A DNA stretch of 54,628 nt from Parasteatoda tepidariorum (GCF_043381705.1 NC_092214.1:2558259-2612886), one strand, 5' to 3'. Shown: positions 36,902 through 50,100, counted from the stretch's first letter. The notes: generated from the letters alone by a model not told the origin. Program-made: numbers and translations.

Positions 36902-37567
36902 TTGCTTTTATTCATTTTAACAAAATGTTTCCTCTGCTATGGATGGGTGGAGAAATTCAAGATCCGAATTGGCCTAGAAACTCGTACCATATCTGGTAAA
37001 AATACAAGCGTGAACGAAAGGACTGTAAGGGAATGGAAAGAAAAATTTAAATCTTTAATTAAGGAATACAAACCAAAGGATATTTTTAATTGTGATGAAA
37101 CTGGTTTGTTTTTCAGGATGATGCCTAAAAAGACAATGGCATTTAAGGGAGAACTCTGCCACGGTGGAAGAAACAGTAAAGAAAGATTAACCGTTTTATT
37201 ATGTTGTAATGCAAATGCATCAGAAAATACCGATACCGATCTTAGTAATAACGAATGGAAAGTTGTATCCCATGGACTTGTTTCCTTTAATGAATTTATT
37301 GTCTTTGATGATAATCTATTAACAACGGAATTAAGAGACATTGATAACGATGAGAACGTGTCGGATGATACTGACGAGGATGATAAAGTTCCTCCAAATC
37401 ACACAGCAGTACTAGAAGCTTTAGACACTATTCGTGACTATTTACAATTCAATTCTGCTTCTGAAACTCCCTTATCCCATTTATATGAGCTGGAAAAAAC
37501 TGATTTTGAAATACGTCGGCAAAAACAAATACAAACATGTATTAAGGATTATTTTGTAAGAAAATAA
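36902..37567 (+). mobile_element. Tigger/pogo-type (CENP-B-like DDE) transposase-derived ORF, internally deleted but open for 221 aa.
   Basis: The ORF contains ...ISGKNTSVNERTVREWKEKFKSLIKEYKPKDIFNCDETGLFFRMMPKKTMAFKGELCHGGRNSKERLTVLLCCNANA. That is the pogo DDE_1 start, with DETGLF and the ER.Tvl.c.NA block. It then jumps to an acidic C-terminal region (DDTDEDDKVPPNHTAVLEALDTIRDYLQ...) typical of Tigger C-termini. The HTH N-terminus and most of the catalytic core are missing. Confidence 0.6.
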
Positions 37568-37989
37568 ATTGTCTTTAGGTATGCTACTTTTTTTTTGTAT
37601 AATTATAGTAAATATCAAAACAGTATAAATATTAACATTTAATCTTTAGAAACATATTTATTCATATTGTCACTGCAATTTGCGTTGCGTTTTAGAATTT
37701 TGAAGTTATATATATATATAGGAAAGCAATTGTGTGCAGATAGAATTGCTAAAAATTTTCTTTTTTTGTACCTACTTTAACGTAAAGGAAAGGGTAAAAA
37801 ACGGTTAAAAGACTTTTTCCGAAAATTATTCCTCTTCCTAAAAAGAACAAAAAAGCTTCTCAGAGAGGGGGAAAGACCACAACTGCATATAGTTGATTAT
37901 TAACGCTTTGTGTTTATTGTACTTCTGCCTTACTTAGTTCTTTCATCTCCTGTCTAGTGTCAGTCCCAGAAGAGTGCAAACCCAAAGGA

Positions 37990-38870
37990 GGGGGGGGGGA
38001 CAGAGGGCCCCTTTAAAATTTAAGTGATGGGGCTAACAATGTGTTTTACCCCACCTGAAATTTAGACACTTGCAAAAATAAAGCAAAGTAAAATTTGTAA
38101 TTAAAAAAAAATTTTTTTTCACTTTTGAAGCTATTTTTCAAATCGAAAACTTTATATTCCTCTGAAATTTAAGCGGAGGGTTGAATAATGTGCTTTGCCC
38201 TTTCTAATATTTTGACATTTGTCAAGACACAAATTCAAATAAAATTGGTAATTAAAGAGAAAAAAAAGCTATTCTTTCTCAACCTTGAAACTTCACACCA
38301 AATAGGAAACTTTTGTTTGTTCTGAAATTAAATTAAATGGGTGAATAATGTGCCTTTTGACATTTGGAAAAGTAAAGTGAAAGTGAAAAAATATTTTATT
38401 TCCAATTTTCACTTTATTTTCCGGGTAGAAACTTTCTTTTCTTCTGAAATTGTAATGAGGGGACGAACAAAGGGCTTCGCCCCTTCAAAAATTTCAGCGC
38501 GTTCCTCGAAAATTATGTCAAGAAAAATTGGTAATTTAAAAAAATCAACTTAGAGGCTATTTTCGATGTCTAAAACTTTATTATCTTCTGATATTAGAGT
38601 GAGGAGGAAAAAATGTGCTTTGCCCCTACTGAAATTTAGACATTTGCTAAAATAAATTCTAGTAAAATTGATAAATTTAAAAAGAAAAACTATTTTTTTT
38701 TTCAGCATTGAAGCTATTTTCCAAATAGAAAACTTTCTTTTCCTCTAAAATAAAAGTGAGGAGACGAAAAATCTGCTTCTCTTCTTCTGAAATTTAGACA
38801 TTAACAGAATAAAATCAAGTAAAGTTGATAATTTTAGAAAAAAAAAGTTTTTTTTTTAAACGATGTTATG
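37990..38870. repeat. Tandem repeat of about 6 units of roughly 145 bp.
   Basis: The consensus contains ...aatgtgctttgcccc.tctgaaatttagacatttgc.aaaataaa...agtaaaattg.taatt.aaaaa.aaaa..ctattttccaaat.gaaaactttcttttcctctgaaat.aagtgagg... Confidence 0.7.
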
Positions 38871-40296
38871 TAGAGCAGAGCTGAAACACGAAATCCGTTA
38901 CACGTTTATTCACTTATTTGAAATGAACCATATAAAATATCATTTATACACCAACAATAATTTATATAAACAAGGGTAAATTTTATTCTAATGCAATTAA
39001 CCTCAATTTATACTTTAAATCATTAAAATAACAAAACAAAAGTTTTAATACAAAAGTTTCATTAAAAAATTCCATAAAATTTTATTATCAGTAATAAAAG
39101 CTGCTTTCAATAGGAAAAAAAATATTTTTAACAATGGGACAATTTGTTTCCCTAACATTTGGAGAAGGGGGTAGTGTTGAGTGCTAGTTTTTTTAATTGA
39201 AATTATATAGGATGATGAAAGTAATTGTACTAATTAACTTTTTGAGAACTTTTTTTTATGTATTATTTATCTGAGGTTAAGGTATGCATTTTTGAAAATG
39301 TAAAAGCTGAAACTTTGAACACTGCTGATGGAGGAAAAGAATTTATCCGACCATCTCAATTATAATTTATCACTTCTTCGAAGTGTGAACATTTCTGTTT
39401 ATTAATTAAATAATTTTATTTTCCGTTTTAAATATGGCAATGTCGATTTAAAACCAGATAAATTAAACCGGAACAAGATGAGAAACATATTTCACTTAAG
39501 ATTGCTTTAATTTTATTTAACTTTCCACTTTTTTCTTCTTTTTTTCTTTTACAGTTTAGAGGTTTATATTTTGTTAATCGTGAAGATGATCTTTACTGTA
39601 ACTAATGTTAAAGATATTCAGTGAAATGTTTGGTTCGAAGTTATTGCCTTTTTTCAGCATAGAAATCAGAAGCAATTAAAAAGAATTTTTTTTAATTAGC
39701 AAAAAAAGCTTTGACTTTTTCGTATTTTTCACTTTGGAATATTAAGAAAAGTATTACTCTTTTTTAAATAATTTTATCATATATGATTACATAGCTTCAT
39801 AAATACATAAATTTATTTCTCATTCTGTCTGATCAGAGGTTTCAATGGGCAAAATATTCAAGAATGATTTCTTTTCAAAATATAGTTATAATTTTTGGGC
39901 CCTGTCCAGACTGGGGGAAAGGCAAGTTTATTTTTTTAATCGATGTAACTAAAAAAAAATTTTGAATATTTTTTCAATTGTGATTTTTTAAGAAAAAAGC
40001 CTATAATTTCTTTCAATTACCAAACCGCGAGTTAAAAGTTTTAGACTTGAAACTAATAAATAAATTTCATTTCTTTAATGGTTTGTCTTGAAAAGACCTT
40101 CTTAACGATATATAATAGAAATCGTATTCAAGAGCTTTTATAAAATTGGTATTTTATGATTAGTATTATATTTAGGAGAAAAGGGGGGCTACTGTGGACA
40201 TGGAGGGCAAGAGTAGATAACATGAATAGCTTTATCTTTTCTAGTCCATTTTCCTTTGTCAGATGTCGTAGATTGGTAACATTAATGCACAGTGCT

Positions 40297-40780
40297 CAGA
40301 AAAAGGACCACCCTGAATAACTTTTGATTTAATGATTAGATCTGCACGTTCTAGGACTCGTGGGTGTGACCTCACTAAGTAATTGGTGCTGATGATATTT
40401 TATTTTATGTTACGTAATCAGACACAAAAACATACTTTCGCTGAATAAACATACCTTTTTTTTCAACGGATTCGATTTTCTAGGCACCATAATATAGTGG
40501 GTAACCGTAATCGGGAAAATATGGTCTCGATAGTTTGCTCGGAAGAGCGATCCAATGTTTGAACCCCCAAATGTTAATTTTATTTCCTGCGGATTTTGCC
40601 ATAGCTCGAGAGTTTTTTAAGGGAATTGAAAAATTAGTGCACGTAATTATAAAATTCGTTTATCCGAAGGTCATTCCATGCAAAAATAACTTTTAGAGAA
40701 TATTTATTATTTTTTATTCAATAATAGTCGAGAAAATTTTGAATTTCCAGGTATACAGTTTTTTTTTTTGTATCATTTTA
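40297..40780 (+). repeat. Copy of the dispersed Tc1-like repeat family (the longest copy).
   Basis: It starts CAGTGCTCAGAAAAAGGACCACCCTGAATAACTTTTGATTTAATGATTAGATCTGCACGTTCTAGGAC. It then carries ...accataatatagtgggtaaccgtaatcgggaaaatatggtc and ...tttgaacccccaaatgttaatttt. Its tail is shared with the 45145 copy. Confidence 0.6.
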
Positions 40781-42294
40781 AAGTACCTAATTCTACATGG
40801 AAAAATACAAAATTTGAGCGAAATTGGTTGATAAGTTCCTGAGAAATCGAGTTTCATATGTAGGGGAGTGTCGGCCCACTGTCAATTTCATATGTATAGA
40901 ATATTTTTTCAAGTAAATGGGCCATCGGACATGAATTGTTATATTAAAAAAAGATTATTTTCAAAGTTTCAAGTATTTATGCAGCTGGTAACATGGTAAA
41001 CAATAGCTTATGTTGAATACAGTAGTCAAATTTTTAAATTTCTATTTTTTTTAAGTTAAACTATTCTTTTTTTTGGTTTATTCTTTTTGCATTATTTAAT
41101 TAGATGATAAAACAATAGAAACATACAAAAATATCAATTATTACTCAATATTATACAGAAATGTAAGCATTACTCCTTAAGTGGGCGGGGCTACCCGACT
41201 CTCCCCTACGACCTTTTTAAAATTTGATTTCTCAGGATTAACCGATTTCGCTTAGATTTTGTATTTTGCCTTGTGGAAAACTTACGATACTTTGTAATCC
41301 AATTTATGTGAGAACAAGTAACTTGTTTTCCTAAATATATTCGCTAACATGATACATAAATAGCTGAAATGACGGTTAGAGGTGGAGTACAGAAAGTTTT
41401 AGGAAGGGCTCCGGCCAAAATTGAAGGGCTTTGAGGGGCGTAGTTACGGCACTGGTGTCAAAGCATCCTTTTCAACTCGGAAATATCTTGGGGACAGCTA
41501 ATTGCCACCCTATACATTTGCCCTTTATCTGCGAAAAATACTATTTAATAAAATATAAGCCTGACGCTTTTAAATTTCCCTTCTTGGTGGCGACTTCTGT
41601 TACAAAAAAGTGGGAGGTCTAATAAGAGAGAGATTCCTTGATTGACATATACTTTTAAACCAATTACATGATTAGACGATACATCAGTTACTACTAATTT
41701 TCCGCGTACACTAGAAAAAACATTTAAAACTTAAATAGATTGAAACAGTACTACTCTATCTTGACTCAGTATTATATTTTTTTTCTTCATATTCACGTAG
41801 ACTTGGTTTGATTTTAAAAGTATTAATCTTTTTTAAGTTTTAATAATGCAACGAAGCTAGAAAAAGAAGCAAGAACCCCCCAGAGATTCTTCGAAGTCTT
41901 AACGACTGACGTAAAAAATAACAATAAGTTAGTTTAACTTGTGTTCCCCCTTCCCATTTATAGATTATTGAAAATATTGTTTCAACATTATCAGGTTTTT
42001 AAGGCAAGTCAAGTAACTTTAATGAATTGATTTTAAGTAAATTATTTCAACTGCCAATTATGTTTACTTGTCAATAAAAAAAATATCCTAGTTTTCAAAA
42101 TTAATGTGGATAAGGTAGACATATTTTATATAATGAAGTAGGAGTTTAATTTTACTTTAAACGATACGAATAATTTGTTTTTAAGAGGAGCTCGTCTTAA
42201 AATGGCCTACTCTATAGCTCGTCCACTCTATAGCTCTCTATAATATTAATGTTTCTACTCTATAGCTCGTCTTAAAATGGCCAAATTTGACAAA

Positions 42295-42715
42295 CTGTGA
42301 GCAAAATAAAAAGTTAACGCTCAGAATTACTTTTGATCTAATCTAATGATAGTATTTTCACATACTTAATCGTAATAACACGAAGTTATGTTAATTAATT
42401 ATATATTATATAATAACTTAATTATATGTTAATTTATTACTGACATTATTTAAAGTTACGAAATCAGATACAAAAAAGCACTTTCTCAAAATAAGCATTT
42501 TTTAAATTTTTTCGACAGATTTGGTATTTTAACCCTTGAAGTATGGGGGGGGGCACAATCTGAAAATTATTGTACTAATAATTTATACAGGAGAGCGATT
42601 AAAATTTTGGACCCCTTCATGTTAATTTCACGTTTTGCGTATTTCATTATATCTCGAGAAATTGATAAGTGAATCAAAAAGGTTTTTGTTCACATTTATA
42701 AAATTCTTGAAATGA
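42295..42715 (+). repeat. Copy of the same family, left arm of a near-perfect palindrome.
   Basis: It contains aattacttttgatctaat and ggggggggcacaatctgaaaattattgtact. It ends ...ttttggaccccttcatgttaatttcacgttttgcgtatttcattatatctcgagaaattgataag. Confidence 0.6.
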
Positions 42716-43120
42716 AATTATCTTTGGATTAACGAATTTTATAACTATGTACAAAAATCTTCTGATTCGTTAAAAAATTACTCGAGATTCGGCGGAATGC
42801 GCAAAAATATGAAATTTACGTTAAGGGGTCCAAACTTTCGACTGTCCTCTATTTAAACTATTGAGACCATATTTTCCTGATTGCAATTAGCTGATATCCA
42901 TATTTTGAGGGTCAGAATTTCAAATCCGCAGAAATAAAGTTTCAGAGAAAGTGTGTTTTTGTGTATGATTTCGTCATACACAAAATAATTAAAATATATC
43001 GTCTGAATTAATAAACTAGCACATTTAAGATTTGACCCACTAACCCATTGAGTCCTAAAACGGGAAAATCCAATTATTTATTGAAAAGTTATTTAGGATG
43101 TCCACTTTTTTATTTTGTGC
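42716..43120 (-). repeat. Inverted copy of the same family, right arm of the palindrome.
   Basis: Its reverse complement matches the left arm for about 400 bp. The matching blocks are ctcgagattcggcggaatgcgcaaaaatatgaaatttacgttaaggggtccaaa and ctattgagaccatattttcctgattgcaattagctgatatccatattttgagggtc. It ends ...aaaagttatttaggatgtccactttttt, the reverse complement of the family head. Confidence 0.6.
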
Positions 43121-45144
43121 ATCCCTTTCTCAGAAGATATCGAATCGATTTTCAAACTATCTCTATTTGATTTCCCCCCCCCTTCATGTTATGGTGCACA
43201 GTTTTATAAGTTTTAATATTTAAAAAATTTTAAATTTATCTGCTGTAGTTTTTTCTTTATTTTCATGATTAAATTTTTATTTGTATTCCTTTGACAAAAT
43301 AATTACAAATTCTACATTATTTTTGAAACTGAAATTTGCATCGCTATTTTGAATATAATTAAAACCAGTTTAGTATAAATTGAAAAAAAGGTTTCTCAAA
43401 GTTAGCTACTTTAGCAGGCTAATGATTTCTCCATAATTTAATAGCTTTAATTTAATAACCTTTATTTTAAAAACTTTATATTTTATAAATTTTTTAAATT
43501 ACTTTACTATAATGATGCTTTCTTTATTCCTATATTTTCTTTAAATACAAAGCATAAGAAATAGATATTAAAAATGTTGCAATATTGAATAGTGGAGTGA
43601 AAATTAATTAATTATGAAAATTAATTATGAAAATTAATTATCAGTTTTGTGAAGCGCCTATATTTTTCGTTCTAGGTGTGACAAAAATATTTTTGTTTCT
43701 TTTTAGGCCACCTAAAAAACATAATTTTTAAAATTTTTATATTATGTTTAATTTTTTGCAGTTTTGGACTTGTTAAATGTTTGAAAAGGGTCGAAATAAT
43801 AATTGCCATTAATATGGAGATAAATTTTGTATTGCAATTTTTAGGAAACAAATGTAACTTAAATTGTCATCAGACGCAGAGTTTGTTCCAGACACAGTTG
43901 AAATTTTCGGACATAAGGATAGGCAAATAAGGATGTATCACAAATAGATATTTTGATCACTTTCTAGGTAGCCGAAGTGTTCCAAATTCAACCTGTATTC
44001 TATCGACAAAATAAATGACGATTGCTTCCTGTGCACTGAATGCTAAGTTTATCGTCATTTTATCGCTAAAGAGAATTTTTTATTAAACAAAACTCTAAAC
44101 CAAATGAATTTTTTAGCTAAACTCCTTGTAGAAAGCCCTTCTGGGTCTTTAAATGTCTAGTCAGGTCTTGATTGACTTCATTCAAGAGTAAAAAATACCC
44201 AGGTACTATAATGATTCCGTTTTTATACAGTATTGAGATTGTGTTGTATGTTTTTTTTTTATTCTCTATAAAAAATTGTTAAAGTTCGCTGATTTTTTTT
44301 ACATGAATATTAACTTAAGACCCACGGTAAAAAAAATTTCACTTAAATTATAGCAAAAATTTAAAAAGCATATTAAAAGACATTACGGAACAGGGTTATT
44401 TGAATGAACAATTATATTATATTTCGTAGAATTAAAAGGGAAAAAAAATTAGCTTGTAGGTCAGGGAATTTTTTTAAAAATAAAACGCCAGAATTGTCAA
44501 AATTATTTTAGTTCGGCTCTAAGATCATAAAAAATGTGGTTAGCGTTTGAAAACTCTTCAAAGAGTTGATTGAAAAAGTTTGATTCGCACAATTGATAAT
44601 CTGTAAAAGCTGTTTATTTTTGAAATTTTATAATTTTACTTTTGTAAACTTACTTTAAATTTTATCTTAAAAAAAATATTTTTGTTGATACTTTTAATTG
44701 CATTTATGGGGCATCAAAATCTTTTTAAGTGTTTAGGGCCTCTAAGGCTCCTAATCCGGACCTAAAACGAACAACTTTTACTCTTTTTTTTTAGATGAAT
44801 TTTTAAATGATTGCGAATTCATAGAAGTTACTACAGCTATTTCAGTCATTAATTACAGCAGAAAATAGTGATGAAAATAATGTTCTCAAAAGGACTTTAT
44901 GATTTAGTAGAAAATATTACGGATGAGTTCATTTTGTGCCGCAAATTTTTGGGATCTTGTGATAAAATGATCAGTTATTGCTTGTTCCTCTATAATAAAT
45001 TGTTATTCCCTGGACATAATGACCTGTATATAATGACAACATTGCCAGTCATAATATGTAACAACGAACAGTAATTTTTCATTTTCAAGATTTTAAAATT
45101 ATACTTTCAGAAAACAGGTTTAACATCCCTTATGTACAGTGCGA

Positions 45145-45650
45145 AAAAATAAATAAAAAAAAAGGAACACCCTGATTAACTTTTGTTCTAATGATCAGAT
45201 TTTCACGTACTGGAACTCAAACTTAATGGTTCACGTGGGTGTCCTTAAATATGCTAATTAATTAGTGCAGACGATATATTAAGTTACTAAATCAGGCTTA
45301 AAATCGTACTTTTTCTGAATAAGTATAACTTTTATTCGACGGATTTTTATTCTTGATCCGCAAAATATAGGAGGTAGCTGCAGTCCGAATAACTTGGTCA
45401 GGAGAGTGGGCAAAAGTTTGGACCCCTTGATGTTAATTTTGCATATTTCGCCCCATCTCAACAACATTTAAAGCGATTTGGAAAATTTGTGTTTACAATT
45501 ATAGAATTCGTTTATTCAACGATAATTCAATGACACAAACAATAATTACTTATTAATTTTTAGTATTTAAATTAATAGTAGTAGAAAATTTTTTGAATTG
45601 TAAGGTATACAAGTTTTTACAGAATTTTAAAGAATGTATTTTTATAAGCC
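45145..45650 (+). repeat. Copy of the same family. It is preceded by TA (atgTA|CAGTGCGAAAAAATAAAT...).
   Basis: It carries GGAACACCCTGATTAACTTTTGTTCTAATGATCAGATTTTCACGTACTGGAAC. It then has ...ccgcaaaatataggaggtagctgcagtccgaataacttggtc and ...aagtttggaccccttgatgttaattttgc. Its tail is shared with the 40297 copy. Confidence 0.6.
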
Positions 45651-46289
45651 AAAATTTGTAATGTAATTGCATAAAATTCTTTTAATAGCGTTAAATTCTT
45701 TTTTAATATTTTTGAATTCTTTAAAATGTCAAAATGCATTCAAAACTAAAGAATATCAAACTGATATTTAAAAAGAAACAAAAAAAAAAAATTATTATTC
45801 GAAAACAAATTTGTCGAAAAAAATATAAAGATGGGGGAAAAGTGACGATTTTTTATCACATCACGTAACACAAAAGTTAATTTTATAGTAAATTAACTCT
45901 AATGTTCTCGACAGAAAATCAAAAATAGATAACGATTTTATTAAGCAACATAAATGCAAATTAAATACTTTAATAAAGGAATTGTATGGGGCTCAAATGA
46001 TTGAAGAAAAAAAAAAAAAAAAAACATTATAGCTCTCAATAGGATTCAACATTCAGTTCGGATTCAGTTTAGCATATTTTTAGCTTTAGGGCATTTGTAT
46101 TTAGTGAATTATAAGAAATTTTTTAAATTTTAAAATGGTTTTTAAAGCTACAGAAAAATTAGAAACAAAGTTTAAAAACAGTTAACAGCTTAAAAAAACC
46201 TCTTCCCGTGTCATACTAATATTGTATAAATAATATTAAGATTTAAAAGAAAAATGTGGAAATAACTAGTAACAACTGATAAAAAAAAG

Positions 46290-47130
46290 AAGAAAATGAT
46301 TAAAAGATAACTTGGTTTGACGATGAAATCAGCGTTGAAAAAGCGCGTCAAAAGTGATGTTCAAAATGCCTGATTGGAAAATCGCAAGTTTTTATAATTC
46401 CTGATTAAAAACATCAAGATTTTCAAAACCCCGTGGAAGAGGATAGCAATAATCGCTGAAAGAACGATTTTAAAAAAATAAATAAAAACTCTTTAGATTT
46501 GCGATGAAATTAGCACAAATAAAGCACATTAAATGCGTGATTCGAATGTCGTATTAATAATTATTAAAAGTATCGGGATTTACGAAACTATGTGAAAATG
46601 CGTAGCAATAAGTGGGGAAAAAATAACGGAGAAAAATGCTTAGAGAAGGGATACGATAATTAGAAAAACGAGTTTAATAAATCAAAACTTAGTTACCAGT
46701 TCAATTTAGCTAGACGTACTTGGAAATAGTACATAGAGAAAGAGAGCACTTACAAAATAGAACGATAATATTGATACAAACAAAGCACGTCAGAAGTGAT
46801 TACCATCTGCACAGTTCAAAACTCGCTAGTCGTTATAATGCATTTATTAAAAAGATCGGGATTTTAAAATACCCTTGGAAATCCTATAATAACCTCCGAA
46901 AACACGATCGCAAAATCACTTGGATTAACTATAAACTGAACAAGAGCTTCAAAAGTGATTATATAAAATACGAAATTCACGCATGATAATTTTGTCGAAT
47001 TAATAATTTGTAGATTTTCAAGACTTTGGAAATTCGTTGCGATTACCACCGAAAAAAGTTACCAAAAAACTACATTGAGTTAAATTTGGCGTGTCAAAAA
47101 CTTATTTGCTCAATTCCAAATTTCCGATCT
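46290..47130. repeat. Degenerate tandem repeat of about 4-5 units of roughly 200 bp.
   Basis: Recurring blocks are gatgaaat.agc....a.aaagc.c.t.aaa.g.gtgatt..aaatg.c and .atcgggattt.caaaac...g.ggaa.a.g.tagcaataa..g..gaaa..acg. The 88-aa ORF at 46720-46986 lies wholly inside this array and is not credible as a gene. Confidence 0.6.
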
Positions 47131-50100
47131 TTTTTTACTTTCTAAAAAAAAAGAAGAAAAAATTTTTTTTTCTTACTATGTTCAGAAGCTGGTAAACCGC
47201 AGATTGTGCACCCTATCATATCTGTATCGTGCTCCCCTCACCTCGGGTGTTGCGAAAGTGTTATTTCCGCCTCTGATATCGAAATAATATTTTTGAAATA
47301 GTTTACTGCTTGAATAAAAATTTAAATCAGTTAAAGCAGAAATAATGAAGTGAGCATCATTTATAAATTTATTATCATAAATACTTTTTTTTTAAAAAAA
47401 TTCATTTTTTTTAATTAATAACTTTCTATTTTATAATTAACTCAAATGTATTTAATTTTTGTTATAAGGAAAAATTTTAACTGCTCACATAATTTCCTAA
47501 ATTTAAATTACTATTCAAGATAATGAATTAAAGCACATAATTTTTTCCCCAAGACTGTCACACGCAGAAATATATTATTTATAGTTATTAGTATTTTGTA
47601 GTTTTTGCGCTTCATTTCCCTTTATTTAATATGAAAAAATCCCTAAAATTCCAAAACGGCAAAAAAGTGTGTATATTGTATAATAATTTGCATTAAAATT
47701 TTATTTTTTCTTGAAATCTACTGTTTTTTTTTTTATTTATTATTATCAGCCGTGATATTGTTCTAATTTTTGGTGGAATTTCAGATTTTCTAAACTTTAG
47801 AAGAAAATTTCAAATTTTTAATTAGTTAAGGATCGTTCAGTAAAAGATTTTATTCAGTAAATGATTGCGACTTTCAAGTAACTCTGCATTTTGTTTTGAA
47901 ATTTTTGGGTCTCTTTATTAGTTTCATTAACAAGCACACTCTAATCTATTTAAGTATCTGAATATTTAAATGATTTATTATTTCGGAGCCCATGTATTAA
48001 TTTACAATTTTCCTTTACTTGTGTACTGTACTTAATACCATTTTGTTACTTCGTAATTTTCGGGATTAGCTTTCGTCTTATTAATGATTGAATTAAAGTT
48101 AAAACGTCGGTAATGGTAAGATTTTTAAAATGATTGTCAAATAAAGGTGTTATATACCCTCTAATTTCCGTTGTAATATTATTAGCAAACTTACTATTTC
48201 TTTAATTTTTTCTCTCCAATAACTGTATTTGATCAGTTCAACTGAATTAAAAAAAATATTTTATTGCGCACGCTTTTTTATTTTTTCATGATTTGAATTG
48301 ATAGTTATTATCAAACTTTTTGTTCCACTCTCATGTCTGCATTATTTTATCTAAATTAGCTATGAAACCGCTTAGCACACATCTGATAGAGATTGTTAAC
48401 CATTTTACCATCAATACAAAATATCATTATTATAATTATGAAATATATTTAAAATAAAATGAAAATATCTTACTTTAATGTCTTTTTTAATCCTGTTTAC
48501 CTACTGCAGAATCTCCAAAGGTGTTTCTGGTGTTTTGATGAGTGTTTCTGCTTGCGTATGCGCTTATTGTAGCTTTTAAAGTGCTTCTAGGCGAACCCTT
48601 ACAAGTTTTCTTTTTTTTCTACTGGCGGTGACTTATTGTTTTAGTTATGTCGCATTATTTACTAATCATCCATGGTACATCAATTAATGTATATTTCAAC
48701 CCATTTATCATTTCTATTTTGGATTAAAGGCTTTGAAATGAACTTCAAAAAATGCCCTGCCTGCAAATTTTGTTTTGTTAACTCATGCTTTTTTGCGACA
48801 GGAGAGAATATTTTAACCTCCCAAAGTGAAGTGAACCGAGGGGACTCATGAGGCATAGCGTTGGGAAGCTCCCCCCTTTCCTTTTTAATTTAGAATTTTT
48901 TGAAGGTAACTTTTTAAACCCCAAAACCCAGACAGCTATTTTTTTAAAAATTCGGAAGTTTAAAAGCCTTACAAAATAAAATTTTTTCGTTAGTTTATAA
49001 TTGAACGAAAATATTTTATGATTATAATTTTTGTGCTAAGTCCATCTTAAAAACCTGTTAAAGATTATTTTTTTAAAGTTACCATTCGAACTCGATGAAA
49101 CAAAATTTAAAAACAATCACACAATTTTTCAATGAAACAAAATTTATGAATTTTTTTTATTTATTATTTTTTTTAAGATAACAATTGTCGGTAGTTGCTG
49201 TTTTATTATAGTTTATGCACAATGTAATAAGTCGATATTAAAAAAAAAAAAAAATCATTCGTGTATCTAATATATAATTATTAAAGTTTTTGATAAGGGC
49301 ATTTTGTTAAATGTTAATCACATTTTTTGGATTGAAAAATATCACGATTTTTTGGATTTGAAAAATATTCAACCATACTAGAAAAATAAATCTTATATGA
49401 GCATCGCAATCCTATCGAATGATTTCAAAATTTCTGATAAAAAGAAGTTATTAACTTCATCACCTACCTCATTTTGATCAATCCGACTTTGGCATGGGTA
49501 AAAATGACATTTCTAAAAGCTTCAGCACGATCTTTCAAATTGTGTCAACAGTTTTACCATGTAAAATCTTCCAAAGCGTTTGCTGCCGAAAGAAATATTG
49601 TTTATATAAAGTTAGTATAGAAGTGTTTATATTTTTACCCAATATCTGTACATTATATAACTGTTCAAATTGGAAACTGTTTCTATCTCTCCAAAGTCTT
49701 ATTATTTAAAAATTATATTTATTTTTAAAAATTTCGATACAAATATTAGGATTTATGGTAACATCTTTCATTTCTCATTTTTTATATTTTATTTATTGAC
49801 TTTTTTGTTGCTTTTGAAATCATGTCAAGTATGAGCTAATAAAATAAAAATCTCGAGTGCGATAAATATGTTTTTCTTTAATAATAGGTTAACAGTTATT
49901 TAAAGCAAAAATAAATAAATAAATAAAATAAAACAAAAATCTTTTAAAATTGCCGTTACTTTCAAACAAAATAGAATTTCAAAAACAATCGCAATAAATT
50001 TATAAATGAGATTTAAATTTTCAACAAGTCAAATTTCAACTTTGTACTTGCGTCCGATTCTACAAATTCAAATTTAACAGTTAATAATTCTTGAACTAAT

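Noticed and set aside
36937-37341. 134-aa minus-strand ORF.
   Set aside because: It is antisense to the Tigger-derived ORF, whose pogo DDE motifs are on the plus strand.
38341-38553. 70-aa ORF.
   Set aside because: It lies entirely inside the 145-bp tandem array and its frame is not conserved between repeat units.
41150-41640. Moderately GC-rich block with a 63-aa ORF (41431-41622).
   Set aside because: I recognised no protein motifs, splice-site framing or repeat-family match. It is possibly another decayed element, but there is not enough evidence to call it.
44868-45074. 68-aa ORF (..LLFPGHNDLYIMTTLPVIICNNEQ) faintly reminiscent of a Harbinger DDE_Tnp_4 FPNCIGAIDGTHI block.
   Set aside because: The resemblance is too weak and short to support. 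It sits next to the 45145 repeat copy and is likely non-coding.
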